A DNA stretch of 64,000 bases, from the IMG/VR virus record IMGVR_UViG_3300035157_000972; one strand, 5' to 3'. The stretch comes from a virus. Position numbers and translations under genes: made by a program. This document shows, in pieces, positions 38,979-47,428 of this stretch. Numbering within the stretch: the first letter of the stretch is position 1; every line of letters starts with the position of its first letter. Below the pieces are notes generated by a model. The model worked only from the letters and a program-made list of their open reading frames with translations, did not search any database and was not told the origin of the DNA.

Positions 38979-39697
38979 TAATATATTCTTGCATAACCAA
39001 TGGTTATGATAAGATACCTGATGATCATTTTTATGATCCGACTGTGAAATATGTGATGTATTATGATGGGGACATAGAGCAGAAAGGTAGTTGGGAATTT
39101 ATAAAATGTGATAGGCAAGAACCTGATTGGATAAAATCATACTACCCTAGATGTATGTCTCATACATTATTTGACGAACCACATGTGTGGGTAGATGGGT
39201 GCTATACCATGCCACTTGATTTTGTAGAGAAGTCAAAACAATTTCTACAAAATGAACTGACATTGCAAGACCACCCACAGCAGAGAACAATTGTACAAGA
39301 ATTTTATAAACTATACAAAGTAGGATTTGCAACTGAAGATGAACTTGTAAAACTAGCAGAGGATATGTCACATGTTGGATTCAAACCATCACAACATAAA
39401 CAGTCCTTGAATTGTTGTATATGGAGACAGAGCACAGAGAAGGTAAAAGAATGGAATGAATGCTATTGGAACTGGTATAGAAATCATTGTCAGAGGACTG
39501 ATCAGATAGCAAGTTCTATTGCTGAACAACTTATTATGAAAGCAGATAGAGTTCCTATGCAAATTGATTGGAATATAAGCACCAGACAAAAATCATACAA
39601 TGAGACATATACAATGTATGAAAATAAAGAAGATGATCAATTCATAGATAGGATAAGTGTAGCACTCAAAACCAAAAGATCTCTTATGGGTCTATGA
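38975..39697 (+). CDS. DUF616-like glycosyltransferase, paralog 1
   Basis: IIYSCITNGYD, WVDG, HPQQR, DQ. Confidence 0.7.
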   Translation: MIIYSCITNGYDKIPDDHFYDPTVKYVMYYDGDIEQKGSWEFIKCDRQEPDWIKSYYPRCMSHTLFDEPHVWVDGCYTMPLDFVEKSKQFLQNELTLQDHPQQRTIVQEFYKLYKVGFATEDELVKLAEDMSHVGFKPSQHKQSLNCCIWRQSTEKVKEWNECYWNWYRNHCQRTDQIASSIAEQLIMKADRVPMQIDWNISTRQKSYNETYTMYENKEDDQFIDRISVALKTKRSLMGL

Positions 39698-40491
39698 TAA
39701 TCTATACATGTATTACTAATGGTTATGATGTTCCAGAAGGACATTACATAGATCCTGATGTAAGATATGTCTTACTACATGATGGTTCTGTTGAAGTTCC
39801 TGATGGTTGGGAAGGTATTGATGTAAGAAAAACTTTCAAATGTGATGAACCAGTAAGACAATCATACTATCCTAAGATAAATCCACATAAGTTTTTTGAC
39901 AGGGGTGAGGATACTGTATGGTTAGATGGTGGATATCGTATAACAAAACATTATGTAGATTTTTGTAGAGAACAATTCAGACAAGGAGATTTTACAAGGT
40001 TACAGCACCCAGAAAAATGCACCTTCTATGAAGAGATGATGGAAGGTTTTATGTGTCAGTATTTTACCTTTGATGATGTGGTGGCAGCAACAAAAACATA
40101 TGCTGAAGCAGGAATGAACTTCAGAAAGTATGGTAGTATTTTGTGCACATCAATATGGAGAACTATCAATGATAATACAATAGCATTTGATGAGTTGTAC
40201 TGGAAATACTATGATATGCATTGGATAATTACAGATCAAATGGCATTTGATCTATCAATGCAATTGAATAATTATTATGCAAGAGTAATTACAGATCGTG
40301 ATAGTGTAGGAATACTAGGTCATACAGGTAGAGTGAATAGAAGAGGTCCAAGACCTAAGTATGGCATAAAGGGACAACAATCACGAGAGATGGAACTCAT
40401 ACAGGAGATGTATAAGTATACAAAATTACATCCTAAATTGTATTATAAGAGAGACTATACTTATTTGATGAAAAGGCACGGTTTGATATGA
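39694..40491 (+). CDS. DUF616-like glycosyltransferase, paralog 2
   Basis: IIYTCITNGYD, KINPH, WLDG, DQMAF. Confidence 0.72.
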   Translation: MIIYTCITNGYDVPEGHYIDPDVRYVLLHDGSVEVPDGWEGIDVRKTFKCDEPVRQSYYPKINPHKFFDRGEDTVWLDGGYRITKHYVDFCREQFRQGDFTRLQHPEKCTFYEEMMEGFMCQYFTFDDVVAATKTYAEAGMNFRKYGSILCTSIWRTINDNTIAFDELYWKYYDMHWIITDQMAFDLSMQLNNYYARVITDRDSVGILGHTGRVNRRGPRPKYGIKGQQSREMELIQEMYKYTKLHPKLYYKRDYTYLMKRHGLI

Positions 40492-41237
40492 TAATCTATA
40501 CATGTATCACAAATAATTATTGCAAGTTACCAGAGACCATGCCCGAAGGTCATGAGTACTATTGTTTTGGTGAAGCAGAAGCAGTGGGACCATGGAAGGT
40601 GCTGCCCGGAAAAGATTGCGGTGACCCAGTAAGATCGTCAAGGTATTATAAGATCAATTGTCCATTTGACTCAAGTGTATATGTTGATGCATCAAAACTA
40701 CACTTGCTTAGAGAACCTTTTTTTACTATAAGTCATGAGATATTGAATACTTATGATGATAAGATGTTTTGTTTAGAGCACCCACATAGACACTCTTACC
40801 TGAATGAGATGATGGAATATTATTGTATGGGGTGGTGGAGTAAGAGTCAGATCATGCAATACACTGCTGAACTCAAAGACTATGGATTTGATTTCAAGAA
40901 ATTCTTTTCACCCTTATGTACAATACTATGGAGAAAGAATCGTAAAGAGTTTAATGACATGTGGTGGAGATGGTATGAACGAGGAGGTGTGAGAGATCAA
41001 ATGTCATATGCTACAGCATTACAAGCATTGAAAATGAATTTTAGATACGATGATTCGATTAAGTTTTTGAATAACTTTACGAATGCAGGGTATAAAGGTG
41101 AGTGGTGGGAGACCAGACAAGGTGATTACTCATATTTCAAAGCAAAAGAAAAAGATCATGTGTTAGATGTTCTCTGTAAGATGACAGGACTGTCTTCTTT
41201 TAGGTACAAACCATGCTGTAGAAGACGTACTAAATAA
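40488..41237 (+). CDS. DUF616-like glycosyltransferase, paralog 3
   Basis: IIYTCITNNY, YVDA, HPHR, RDQMSY. Confidence 0.72.
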   Translation: MIIYTCITNNYCKLPETMPEGHEYYCFGEAEAVGPWKVLPGKDCGDPVRSSRYYKINCPFDSSVYVDASKLHLLREPFFTISHEILNTYDDKMFCLEHPHRHSYLNEMMEYYCMGWWSKSQIMQYTAELKDYGFDFKKFFSPLCTILWRKNRKEFNDMWWRWYERGGVRDQMSYATALQALKMNFRYDDSIKFLNNFTNAGYKGEWWETRQGDYSYFKAKEKDHVLDVLCKMTGLSSFRYKPCCRRRTK

Positions 41238-41255
41238 AAACAGCAAAGTTTTATT

Positions 41256-42548
41256 ATGTTATCAGTACATCAGCATTGGGATCCACTAAAAGTATGTGCA
41301 GTGGGCAGATGTTATCCACCGGAATATTTCAACTACATTCAAAACTCAAAAGTCAGAGGAGTTTTTCATCGTATAGCAGAGGAGACTGAAGAGGACTATC
41401 AGAAACTTATATCTGTACTTGATAAGTTTGATGTAAAGGTAATAAGAACTGACATAACAGATAATCCAGAGGACTATCGTAGACCCGATGGTACTATGAA
41501 GTCACCACCCATGGTTCCCAGAGACTATACTGCGATGGTTGGGTCTAAGTTTTTCATGCCCGGAAAAAACTTTGGAAAAAATATTGATATTGAGTGGGAA
41601 CTAAAGTGTATTATGAACACAAGTTCATTGCAGATGAATCATATATCAGACTTCCATAAAGATTTACTGAATTATGTTTATGATCTTACATTTCCCGGAA
41701 GACCTGTGTCATCCTCTACTCAATCAATGCTTTTAAAAACTTTGAGAGGTATGAAAGCAGGTGCTGTAGGAAATATATTGCAGGCAATTGATACTGAGGA
41801 TCTCAAGAATGTTATATTCCAAGGACATACAAATACAATAGGTAAGACCTCAAAATATGTACACGATGATAAGACATATCCTTTCAAGACACTAGAGAAA
41901 TTTGTTACTGATAGTGGTAATGAAATTGTATATGATCAATACATCAATTCTGCATCTATGATTAGACTAGGTAAGGATTTATATTTTGCTCTTGGTAATA
42001 TAATCAGTAAAATGAATGAAAATAACTTCATGAAGAAATGGAAAAAATTATTTCCTGATTATAATATTCATCCAATATCTACTCCCGGACATTCTGATGG
42101 TACTATGTGTCCTGTAAAACCCGGATTGATTCTTAGTCTTAGAGAACCTGAATTCTATAAAGAGTCATTCCCCGGTTGGGAAGTTGTGACTTTAGAAGGC
42201 GAGAGTTGGCATAAGGTCAAACCATTTATGGATAGAAAGGGGAAGACAAGGGGAAGATATTGGGTGCCAGATGCAGATGATTCTTTCTATGATTTTGTCA
42301 ACGAGTGGATGGATGATTGGGTGACCTATGTTGAAGAGACAGTATTTGATCTAAACATGCTAGTTATTGATCAGCATAATGTTATTGTCAACGGTGAAAA
42401 TAAAAAGGCATTCGATGCTTTTGAAAGACATGGAATTACACCACACATCGTAAAATTTAGACATAGATATTTTTGGGATGGAGGATTGCATTGTATAACA
42501 TCTGATATTTCAAGGGAGGGAGAGCAAAAAAGTTTATTCAATGTATAG
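41256..42548 (+). CDS. Amidinotransferase (glycine/inosamine-phosphate amidinotransferase family)
   Basis: WDPLKVCAVG, PRD, HSDG, FDLNMLVID, GGLHCIT; CTAAATA 41230-41236 upstream. Confidence 0.88.
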   Translation: MLSVHQHWDPLKVCAVGRCYPPEYFNYIQNSKVRGVFHRIAEETEEDYQKLISVLDKFDVKVIRTDITDNPEDYRRPDGTMKSPPMVPRDYTAMVGSKFFMPGKNFGKNIDIEWELKCIMNTSSLQMNHISDFHKDLLNYVYDLTFPGRPVSSSTQSMLLKTLRGMKAGAVGNILQAIDTEDLKNVIFQGHTNTIGKTSKYVHDDKTYPFKTLEKFVTDSGNEIVYDQYINSASMIRLGKDLYFALGNIISKMNENNFMKKWKKLFPDYNIHPISTPGHSDGTMCPVKPGLILSLREPEFYKESFPGWEVVTLEGESWHKVKPFMDRKGKTRGRYWVPDADDSFYDFVNEWMDDWVTYVEETVFDLNMLVIDQHNVIVNGENKKAFDAFERHGITPHIVKFRHRYFWDGGLHCITSDISREGEQKSLFNV

Positions 42549-42813
42549 AGTTGTATTTGTTGGGAGTATAAAGAACTTGACTCCTGAGTATGAGAAATAT
42601 AATGATGATCTATATGCTAGTGCTAAAACATTAGATGGATTCATTGGTATTGATACTGATGTGATTGAGGGTACTGAGATAACAATAAGTAAATGGAAAA
42701 CTAAGAAAGATGTAATGGGGTGGGCGATGGACCCACTGCACATGGAAGCAAAAAAACAAGTAAATAAGTGGTATAATTGGTACAAATCTTATCATCTTGA
42801 CTGTGACTCCTAA
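42541..42813 (+). CDS. Antibiotic-biosynthesis monooxygenase (ABM)-like protein
   Basis: GFIG..ITISKW..W..DPLHMEAK..WYNWY. Confidence 0.75.
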   Translation: MYRVVFVGSIKNLTPEYEKYNDDLYASAKTLDGFIGIDTDVIEGTEITISKWKTKKDVMGWAMDPLHMEAKKQVNKWYNWYKSYHLDCDS

Positions 42814-43252
42814 AGAAAAAATCGAAGAGTGGGTACTCAATACACTGAGTGAACCTCATAATAAATTTGGTGACTTACCTCCATGTCCTTATGCTAAGAA
42901 GGCATGGTTAGATGGTAATGTAGAGGTCAGGATGTGGAAAGACTTTGGAAGTTTTAGATATGATAAGTGGGAGAAAGAAGTTACCATCTATGTTATGGAT
43001 CCATATACATCACCAGAGTTCTTGTCACAGATGACAAAAAACTTCAATAACTTATATCCTGACTACCTATTCTTAGAGGAGCATCCTGATCTAGTGGAAG
43101 ACGTAGGTGGGTTTGTAGTAAATCAGGGAGAACTTATATTACTAATTGTACAGCAAAGAAAACCTTTAGAAGAAGCAAGAGATAAATTGCAGGGGACTTC
43201 TTACTATGAACACTGGACTCCTGAGATGAAGGAGAGAATCATTGAGCGTTAG
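42797..43252 (+). CDS. Hypothetical protein (PPCPYA motif, DUF1415-like)
   Basis: LPPCPYAKKAW, EEHPD. Confidence 0.6.
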   Translation: MTVTPKEKIEEWVLNTLSEPHNKFGDLPPCPYAKKAWLDGNVEVRMWKDFGSFRYDKWEKEVTIYVMDPYTSPEFLSQMTKNFNNLYPDYLFLEEHPDLVEDVGGFVVNQGELILLIVQQRKPLEEARDKLQGTSYYEHWTPEMKERIIER

Positions 43253-43466
43253 AACAGTCAAGTGGTTTAGTGCTACAATCATATTGACTGCCATGGTCTT
43301 TCACGTATTAGGATTGACACCGTGGAATAGTATGCTACAATTGGTAGGTGCTACCGGTTGGACATACGTAGGTATCAAGTGGAGAGAAAGGGCAATAGTT
43401 TTGAACTTCCTTCCACAATTTTTTATCATAGTCCCCGGTCTCATATACATGTTACTAAAATCATGA
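43242..43466 (+). CDS. Small three-TM membrane protein
   Basis: Hydrophobic helices, W..VG..W.ERA..LN. Confidence 0.7.
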   Translation: MSVRTVKWFSATIILTAMVFHVLGLTPWNSMLQLVGATGWTYVGIKWRERAIVLNFLPQFFIIVPGLIYMLLKS

Positions 43467-43708
43467 CTAAACCTTACGATGATTCCAATTGGAGAGAAGA
43501 GTACAAAGGTTACGTAAGTAACAAAATGAAACTCAAACTATTAGAAGACGGACCTCATAGTTTGGCACAGGCATGGTTACTAGGTGCAATGCATTCTGAT
43601 TGGAAGAGGATCAAGGGTTACGATAAACTCGATCCCAAACCTAATGAAGGTCAGAATCAATCTAGTTTGAAAGAGTTCCTTCAAAGGCACAAGGATCAAG
43701 GTATATGA
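43463..43708 (+). CDS. Conserved cyanophage hypothetical protein
   Basis: DSNWREEY..GPHSLAQAWLLGAM. Confidence 0.72.
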   Translation: MTKPYDDSNWREEYKGYVSNKMKLKLLEDGPHSLAQAWLLGAMHSDWKRIKGYDKLDPKPNEGQNQSSLKEFLQRHKDQGI

Positions 43709-44265
43709 TTTTTCATTCGATTGACTTCGAGTTATCTGATGATGACAAACAATACATCAGGGACACCTATCTAACTGATAGATTTACTCGAAAGACTCTG
43801 AAAAATAAACCTCTGTACTACACAGGTTACCATCATTCACCTACCTCTGAGAACAGAACTGGTAGAGATGTTCAGAAGTTTCTAGACACAAGGTTGTTAC
43901 AAATTTACACACCAATTATAAAAAAAGAACTTACTGAACAGCGATTATTTGAAGCAGATCCATCAGCGATCTATTCATATCAACATATCTGGGCACAGAT
44001 ATATACAAAGAGTCTAGGTAAAGGTATCGGTGCACACCACCATTACCCTGACCAATCGAATCTATTTTCATGGATTCATTTTGTCGATGTACCCGACGAA
44101 GATTGTCTCTACTGGGAGATGAATAGTGGTAAAAAGATTTACCCACAACCACAACGATCAGGTAAAATGATCTTCTTTATTCCTTGGACATGGCATGGTG
44201 TTGACCCAGTTGAGTCACAGGAAGAGAGAATTGTTGTAGCAGGAAACGTAATGAGACTAAAATGA
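43705..44265 (+). CDS. Putative 2OG-Fe(II) oxygenase
   Basis: HHH, SWIHF, WHGVDP, RIVVAGN; paralog of 33095..33589. Confidence 0.75.
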   Translation: MIFHSIDFELSDDDKQYIRDTYLTDRFTRKTLKNKPLYYTGYHHSPTSENRTGRDVQKFLDTRLLQIYTPIIKKELTEQRLFEADPSAIYSYQHIWAQIYTKSLGKGIGAHHHYPDQSNLFSWIHFVDVPDEDCLYWEMNSGKKIYPQPQRSGKMIFFIPWTWHGVDPVESQEERIVVAGNVMRLK

Positions 44266-44498
44266 AAGCAGTCCTCTGGTCAAAAGACAACTGTCAATGG
44301 TGTGAAAGAGTTAGACAACTCTTTGCTGCCACTAAAATTGAATACTTAGAATACAAACTGGACAGAGACTTTACTCGTAACCAGTTTTATGAAGAATTTG
44401 AGAAGGGTGCTACCTTTCCACAGGTTCAACTTGACAACAAACACATAGGTGGATGCAAAGAAACATTGAAGTATCTCCAAGAGAAGAAATTGATCTAG
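44262..44498 (+). CDS. nrdC: Glutaredoxin
   Basis: CQWC, TFPQV, IGGC. Confidence 0.92.
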   Translation: MKAVLWSKDNCQWCERVRQLFAATKIEYLEYKLDRDFTRNQFYEEFEKGATFPQVQLDNKHIGGCKETLKYLQEKKLI

Positions 44499-44581
44499 GA
44501 GAAATAAATAAGGGTGTAGAACTCTTGATGCGGAGAGAAACTAATCATCTTCCAACTGAAAATCTTACTAGGAGAAAACAC

Positions 44582-44800
44582 ATGCAAGCAGCACTCATAA
44601 CAATCGGTGTATTCACAGGCATTCTCACCCTTTCTGTAGGGGTTATCCTAGGGTATATTCTACGCACCTATATACAGGACAACAACCAAAATGCATATAC
44701 TTATCATCCAGAAATGTTTGATGAGAATGGACAATTAGTTCCTGACGAAATCATTTCATTCCGAATCGAAGGGGACGAATCTACTGAACTTGAAGATTAA
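44582..44800 (+). CDS. Single-TM hypothetical protein
   Basis: AGGAG RBS; HPEMFDENG motif. Confidence 0.75.
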   Translation: MQAALITIGVFTGILTLSVGVILGYILRTYIQDNNQNAYTYHPEMFDENGQLVPDEIISFRIEGDESTELED

Positions 44801-44802
44801 TT

Positions 44803-45252
44803 ATGGCAAAACTACCTGACAACCCTTTAGTATCTGAACTGTTCAAAGCAGTTCATGGTAAGAAAGATAAAGGGGGAAAGAGAGATCTCCTATCACAACA
44901 CAAACGTGATGATGTGAAAGCACTATTGATTTGGAACTTTGATAAGCAAATAAAAAGTGCCATACCAGAAGGAGAAGTACCTTACAAAAAGAATGAAGCA
45001 CCCATCAACTCTGGAGGACACACACGTCTCGTTCATGAGTGGAGAACTCTTTACAATTTCATAAGAGGTGGTAACGATCAACTCTCTCAGATGAAAAGAG
45101 AGACCATGTTTATTCAATTACTTGAAAGTTTACATGAGTCTGAAGCAGAATTACTGATGCTAGTAAAAGATAAGAAACTACAAACAAAATACAGAATCAC
45201 CAGAGCACTGGTAGAAGAAGTATTTAATGAGATACAATGGAGAGATAAGTAA
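44803..45252 (+). CDS. Conserved T4-like hypothetical protein
   Basis: IPEGEVPY, KRETMFIQLLESLH. Confidence 0.8.
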   Translation: MAKLPDNPLVSELFKAVHGKKDKGGKRDLLSQHKRDDVKALLIWNFDKQIKSAIPEGEVPYKKNEAPINSGGHTRLVHEWRTLYNFIRGGNDQLSQMKRETMFIQLLESLHESEAELLMLVKDKKLQTKYRITRALVEEVFNEIQWRDK

Positions 45253-45518
45253 TGGTCAGAGTACTTCATGAGAAGTGTGACAAAAAGGTTGCAGATAATC
45301 CGAAACTGCCTTACAATGCATATCTCATAGAGTACAAAGAAGGCGAGGAGCATTTCTTTGATGTCGCTATTGCAGATAGGGCAGTGGATATATTTGATCA
45401 CTACTATGATAAGAGTAGTAAGTTTGTCAACATGACTCAAGCAGGAGGTCTAGTCAACCCTAAACAGTGGACAGATCCATCCTTACCACCCCCAAAGAAA
45501 AACCGTAATAAAAGATAA
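45252..45518 (+). CDS. Conserved hypothetical protein
   Basis: LPYNAYLIEY..DIFDHYYD. Confidence 0.75.
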   Translation: MVRVLHEKCDKKVADNPKLPYNAYLIEYKEGEEHFFDVAIADRAVDIFDHYYDKSSKFVNMTQAGGLVNPKQWTDPSLPPPKKNRNKR

Positions 45519-45545
45519 AGACTTGTTACAAATGTAGTGATATCC

Positions 45546-45576
45546 TTGCATAAATAGAATCGGTATGTTATGATAC
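45546..45576 (+). promoter_or_regulatory. sigma70 promoter with an NtcA-like box over the -10
   Basis: TTGCAT 45546-45551, 17 bp, TGn-TATGAT 45569-45574; GTA-N8-TAC at 45563-45576. Confidence 0.6.
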
Positions 45577-45581
45577 CATTA

Positions 45582-45626
45582 CGTTCATCAGGTAACACTG
45601 ACGCAAGTAAGTCAAGACTCGGAACG
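45582..45626 (+). ncRNA. Glutamine riboswitch aptamer 1 (glnA-type)
   Basis: P1 CGTTC/GAACG, P2 TCAG-gtaaca-CTGA, GACGCAAGTA junction. Confidence 0.8.
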
Positions 45627-45629
45627 GAT

Positions 45630-45669
45630 CGTTCATCCCATTGGGACGCAAAAGTTGACCGAAGGAACG
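45630..45669 (+). ncRNA. Glutamine riboswitch aptamer 2 (glnA/Downstream-peptide type)
   Basis: P1 CGTTC/GAACG, P2 TCCC-att-GGGA, GACGCA..GACCGAAGGAACG. Confidence 0.8.
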
Positions 45670-45702
45670 GGGCAAAAATCCCAACTACTAAGGAGAAAAC
45701 AA

Positions 45703-45828
45703 ATGGCAAAAGTCACTTACAGAGGTGTCGAGTACGACTCAAAAGAGTACAACGCTAAAGTGCTTGCAGAAGCAAAGCAGCGTGAAAGACACGAACTAAT
45801 GTATCGTGGACTAAAGGTTGCAAAATAG
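45703..45828 (+). CDS. 41-aa DUF4278-type peptide
   Basis: Hand-translated MAKVTYRGVEYDSKEYNAKVLAEAKQRERHELMYRGLKVAK; two YRG motifs; AAGGAG RBS. Confidence 0.88.
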   Translation: MAKVTYRGVEYDSKEYNAKVLAEAKQRERHELMYRGLKVAK

Positions 45829-45880
45829 TTGCTAAAAGGTACAAATACCTATATAATAATATAAGTATTATTACCTACAC

Positions 45881-45964
45881 ATGACAAAGTTATTCTATCA
45901 ACTCTGTTTTTTAGCATTCATATTTTCAAGCATTGCATATCTTCCTAGACTTGCATATGCATAA
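45881..45964 (+). CDS. 27-aa hydrophobic micropeptide
   Basis: Hand-translated MTKLFYQLCFLAFIFSSIAYLPRLAYA. Confidence 0.45.
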   Translation: MTKLFYQLCFLAFIFSSIAYLPRLAYA

Positions 45965-45988
45965 TGTCTACAACTAAATACAATCTCA

Positions 45989-46027
45989 GAAGGGGTGCTT
46001 GACACCCCTTTTTCAATCCAATATAAT
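45989..46027 (+). terminator. Terminator hairpin overlapping the -35 of the next sigma70 promoter
   Basis: AAGGGGTG-cttga-CACCCCTT plus T run; TTGACA 45999-46004, N17, TATAAT 46022-46027. Confidence 0.75.
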
Positions 46028-46029
46028 AT

Positions 46030-46215
46030 ATGAATACACTCAAACAAACAGTAAAACTAATCAAGGCAGCACTCAAACACAAGCATCTATACTCCAAGAA
46101 AGAAGTTTTCTACATGAAGAATTCATTGAAGGAGGCAAAGAAAGAACTAAAGATGCAGAAGTCTGTCAAGTCATTGCAAGAAAATGAAAGTACAACTAAT
46201 AACAGTAACGCCTGA
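46030..46215 (+). CDS. Small basic hypothetical protein, possibly leaderless
   Basis: ATG immediately after the -10 element. Confidence 0.6.
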   Translation: MNTLKQTVKLIKAALKHKHLYSKKEVFYMKNSLKEAKKELKMQKSVKSLQENESTTNNSNA

Positions 46216-46813
46216 CGCTGAAAAGAACATGGCATTTGTTGCCAGAGTATCTAATCCAAATAATCAGGACAACGAAAACTTTTCTGGACTGTTAAAGTAT
46301 TGCATCAAGCATCAGCATTGGTCTGTATTTGAGCAAGCACACATGACACTTGAGATTGAAACTACCCGTGCTATTGCAGCACAAATTCTTCGACATCGTA
46401 GTTTCACATTCCAAGAGTTCTCTCAAAGATATGCACAGAGTCACGAACTCGGAGAGATACAACTACCAGAACTTAGAAGACAGGACGTAAAGAATAGACA
46501 GAATAGTATAGATGATCTGGATGCTGATGTTGTTGATAAACTCAACCGTCAGATGATCACTCTATTCAGTTCTGCTGAGAGTCTTTATAAACAGATGATT
46601 GATAAAGGAGTTGCAAAAGAATGTGCAAGAATGGTTCTACCATTATGCACTCCAACTCGGATATATATGACAGGATCAGTGAGATCTTGGATACATTATA
46701 TAAACTTACGTTCAGCACATGGTACTCAGAAGGAGCACATGGAGATTGCTGAGTCGTGTAAGGATGTATTCAAGAAACAATTCCCTGTTGTATCTGAAGC
46801 ACTTGAATGGTAA
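46184..46813 (+). CDS. thyX: FAD-dependent thymidylate synthase ThyX
   Basis: HWSVFEQ, QILRHRSFTFQEFSQRY, KECARMVLP. Confidence 0.97.
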   Translation: MKVQLITVTPDAEKNMAFVARVSNPNNQDNENFSGLLKYCIKHQHWSVFEQAHMTLEIETTRAIAAQILRHRSFTFQEFSQRYAQSHELGEIQLPELRRQDVKNRQNSIDDLDADVVDKLNRQMITLFSSAESLYKQMIDKGVAKECARMVLPLCTPTRIYMTGSVRSWIHYINLRSAHGTQKEHMEIAESCKDVFKKQFPVVSEALEW

Positions 46814-47427
46814 ATCTATTTCTTGGACCAACTCATGACTTGAGTTTTTTATATAATGATGAAGAAGCACAACGAGTGACACCACAGGAGATCGCTACAT
46901 TCATCATGCAAGATGAGATTGTAGCGGTCTATAATGGTAGATCAGAAGCAGGTCCTAGAGCATTAGGAAATAGAAGTATATTATATGACCCAAGAGATAT
47001 CAATACTAAGGAGACAATAAACAAGGTAAAGAGGAGGGAACGTTTCCGACCCTTTGCTGCTGCTGTGTTGAACGAACATGCAAATGAATGGTTTGATATG
47101 TCTGGACTGAATAGATCCCCTACAATGTCATATGCAGTGCAGACACGAGAAGAAAAGAAAGAATTGATACCCGGAGTTGTTCATATAGATGATACATGTA
47201 GAGTTCAAACAGTAGAGAATGATATACCTCATTTGTATGAGGTCATACAAGAGTTCTACAAGTACACTAAAGTTCCTATGGTATTGAATACCTCATTCAA
47301 CCTTGCAGGTCAACCTCTAGTTGAAACACCACAAGATGCTATAGATACATGGAAAGAATCTGATATTCATGTACTCTGGTTTCCAGAAGCAAGACGAATG
47401 TACAAGAGTTCATCGCTAGGAGATTGA
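46807..47427 (+). CDS. Carbamoyltransferase C-terminal (YrdC-like) domain, stand-alone
   Basis: SEAGPRALGNRSIL, KRRERFRPFA, HIDDTCRVQT, LNTSFN. Confidence 0.9.
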   Translation: MVNLFLGPTHDLSFLYNDEEAQRVTPQEIATFIMQDEIVAVYNGRSEAGPRALGNRSILYDPRDINTKETINKVKRRERFRPFAAAVLNEHANEWFDMSGLNRSPTMSYAVQTREEKKELIPGVVHIDDTCRVQTVENDIPHLYEVIQEFYKYTKVPMVLNTSFNLAGQPLVETPQDAIDTWKESDIHVLWFPEARRMYKSSSLGD

Positions 47428-47428
47428 T

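Noticed and set aside
45570-45758. 62-aa ORF across the riboswitch
   Set aside because: It overlaps the promoter and aptamers; the likely gene is the RBS-preceded ORF at 45703 in another frame
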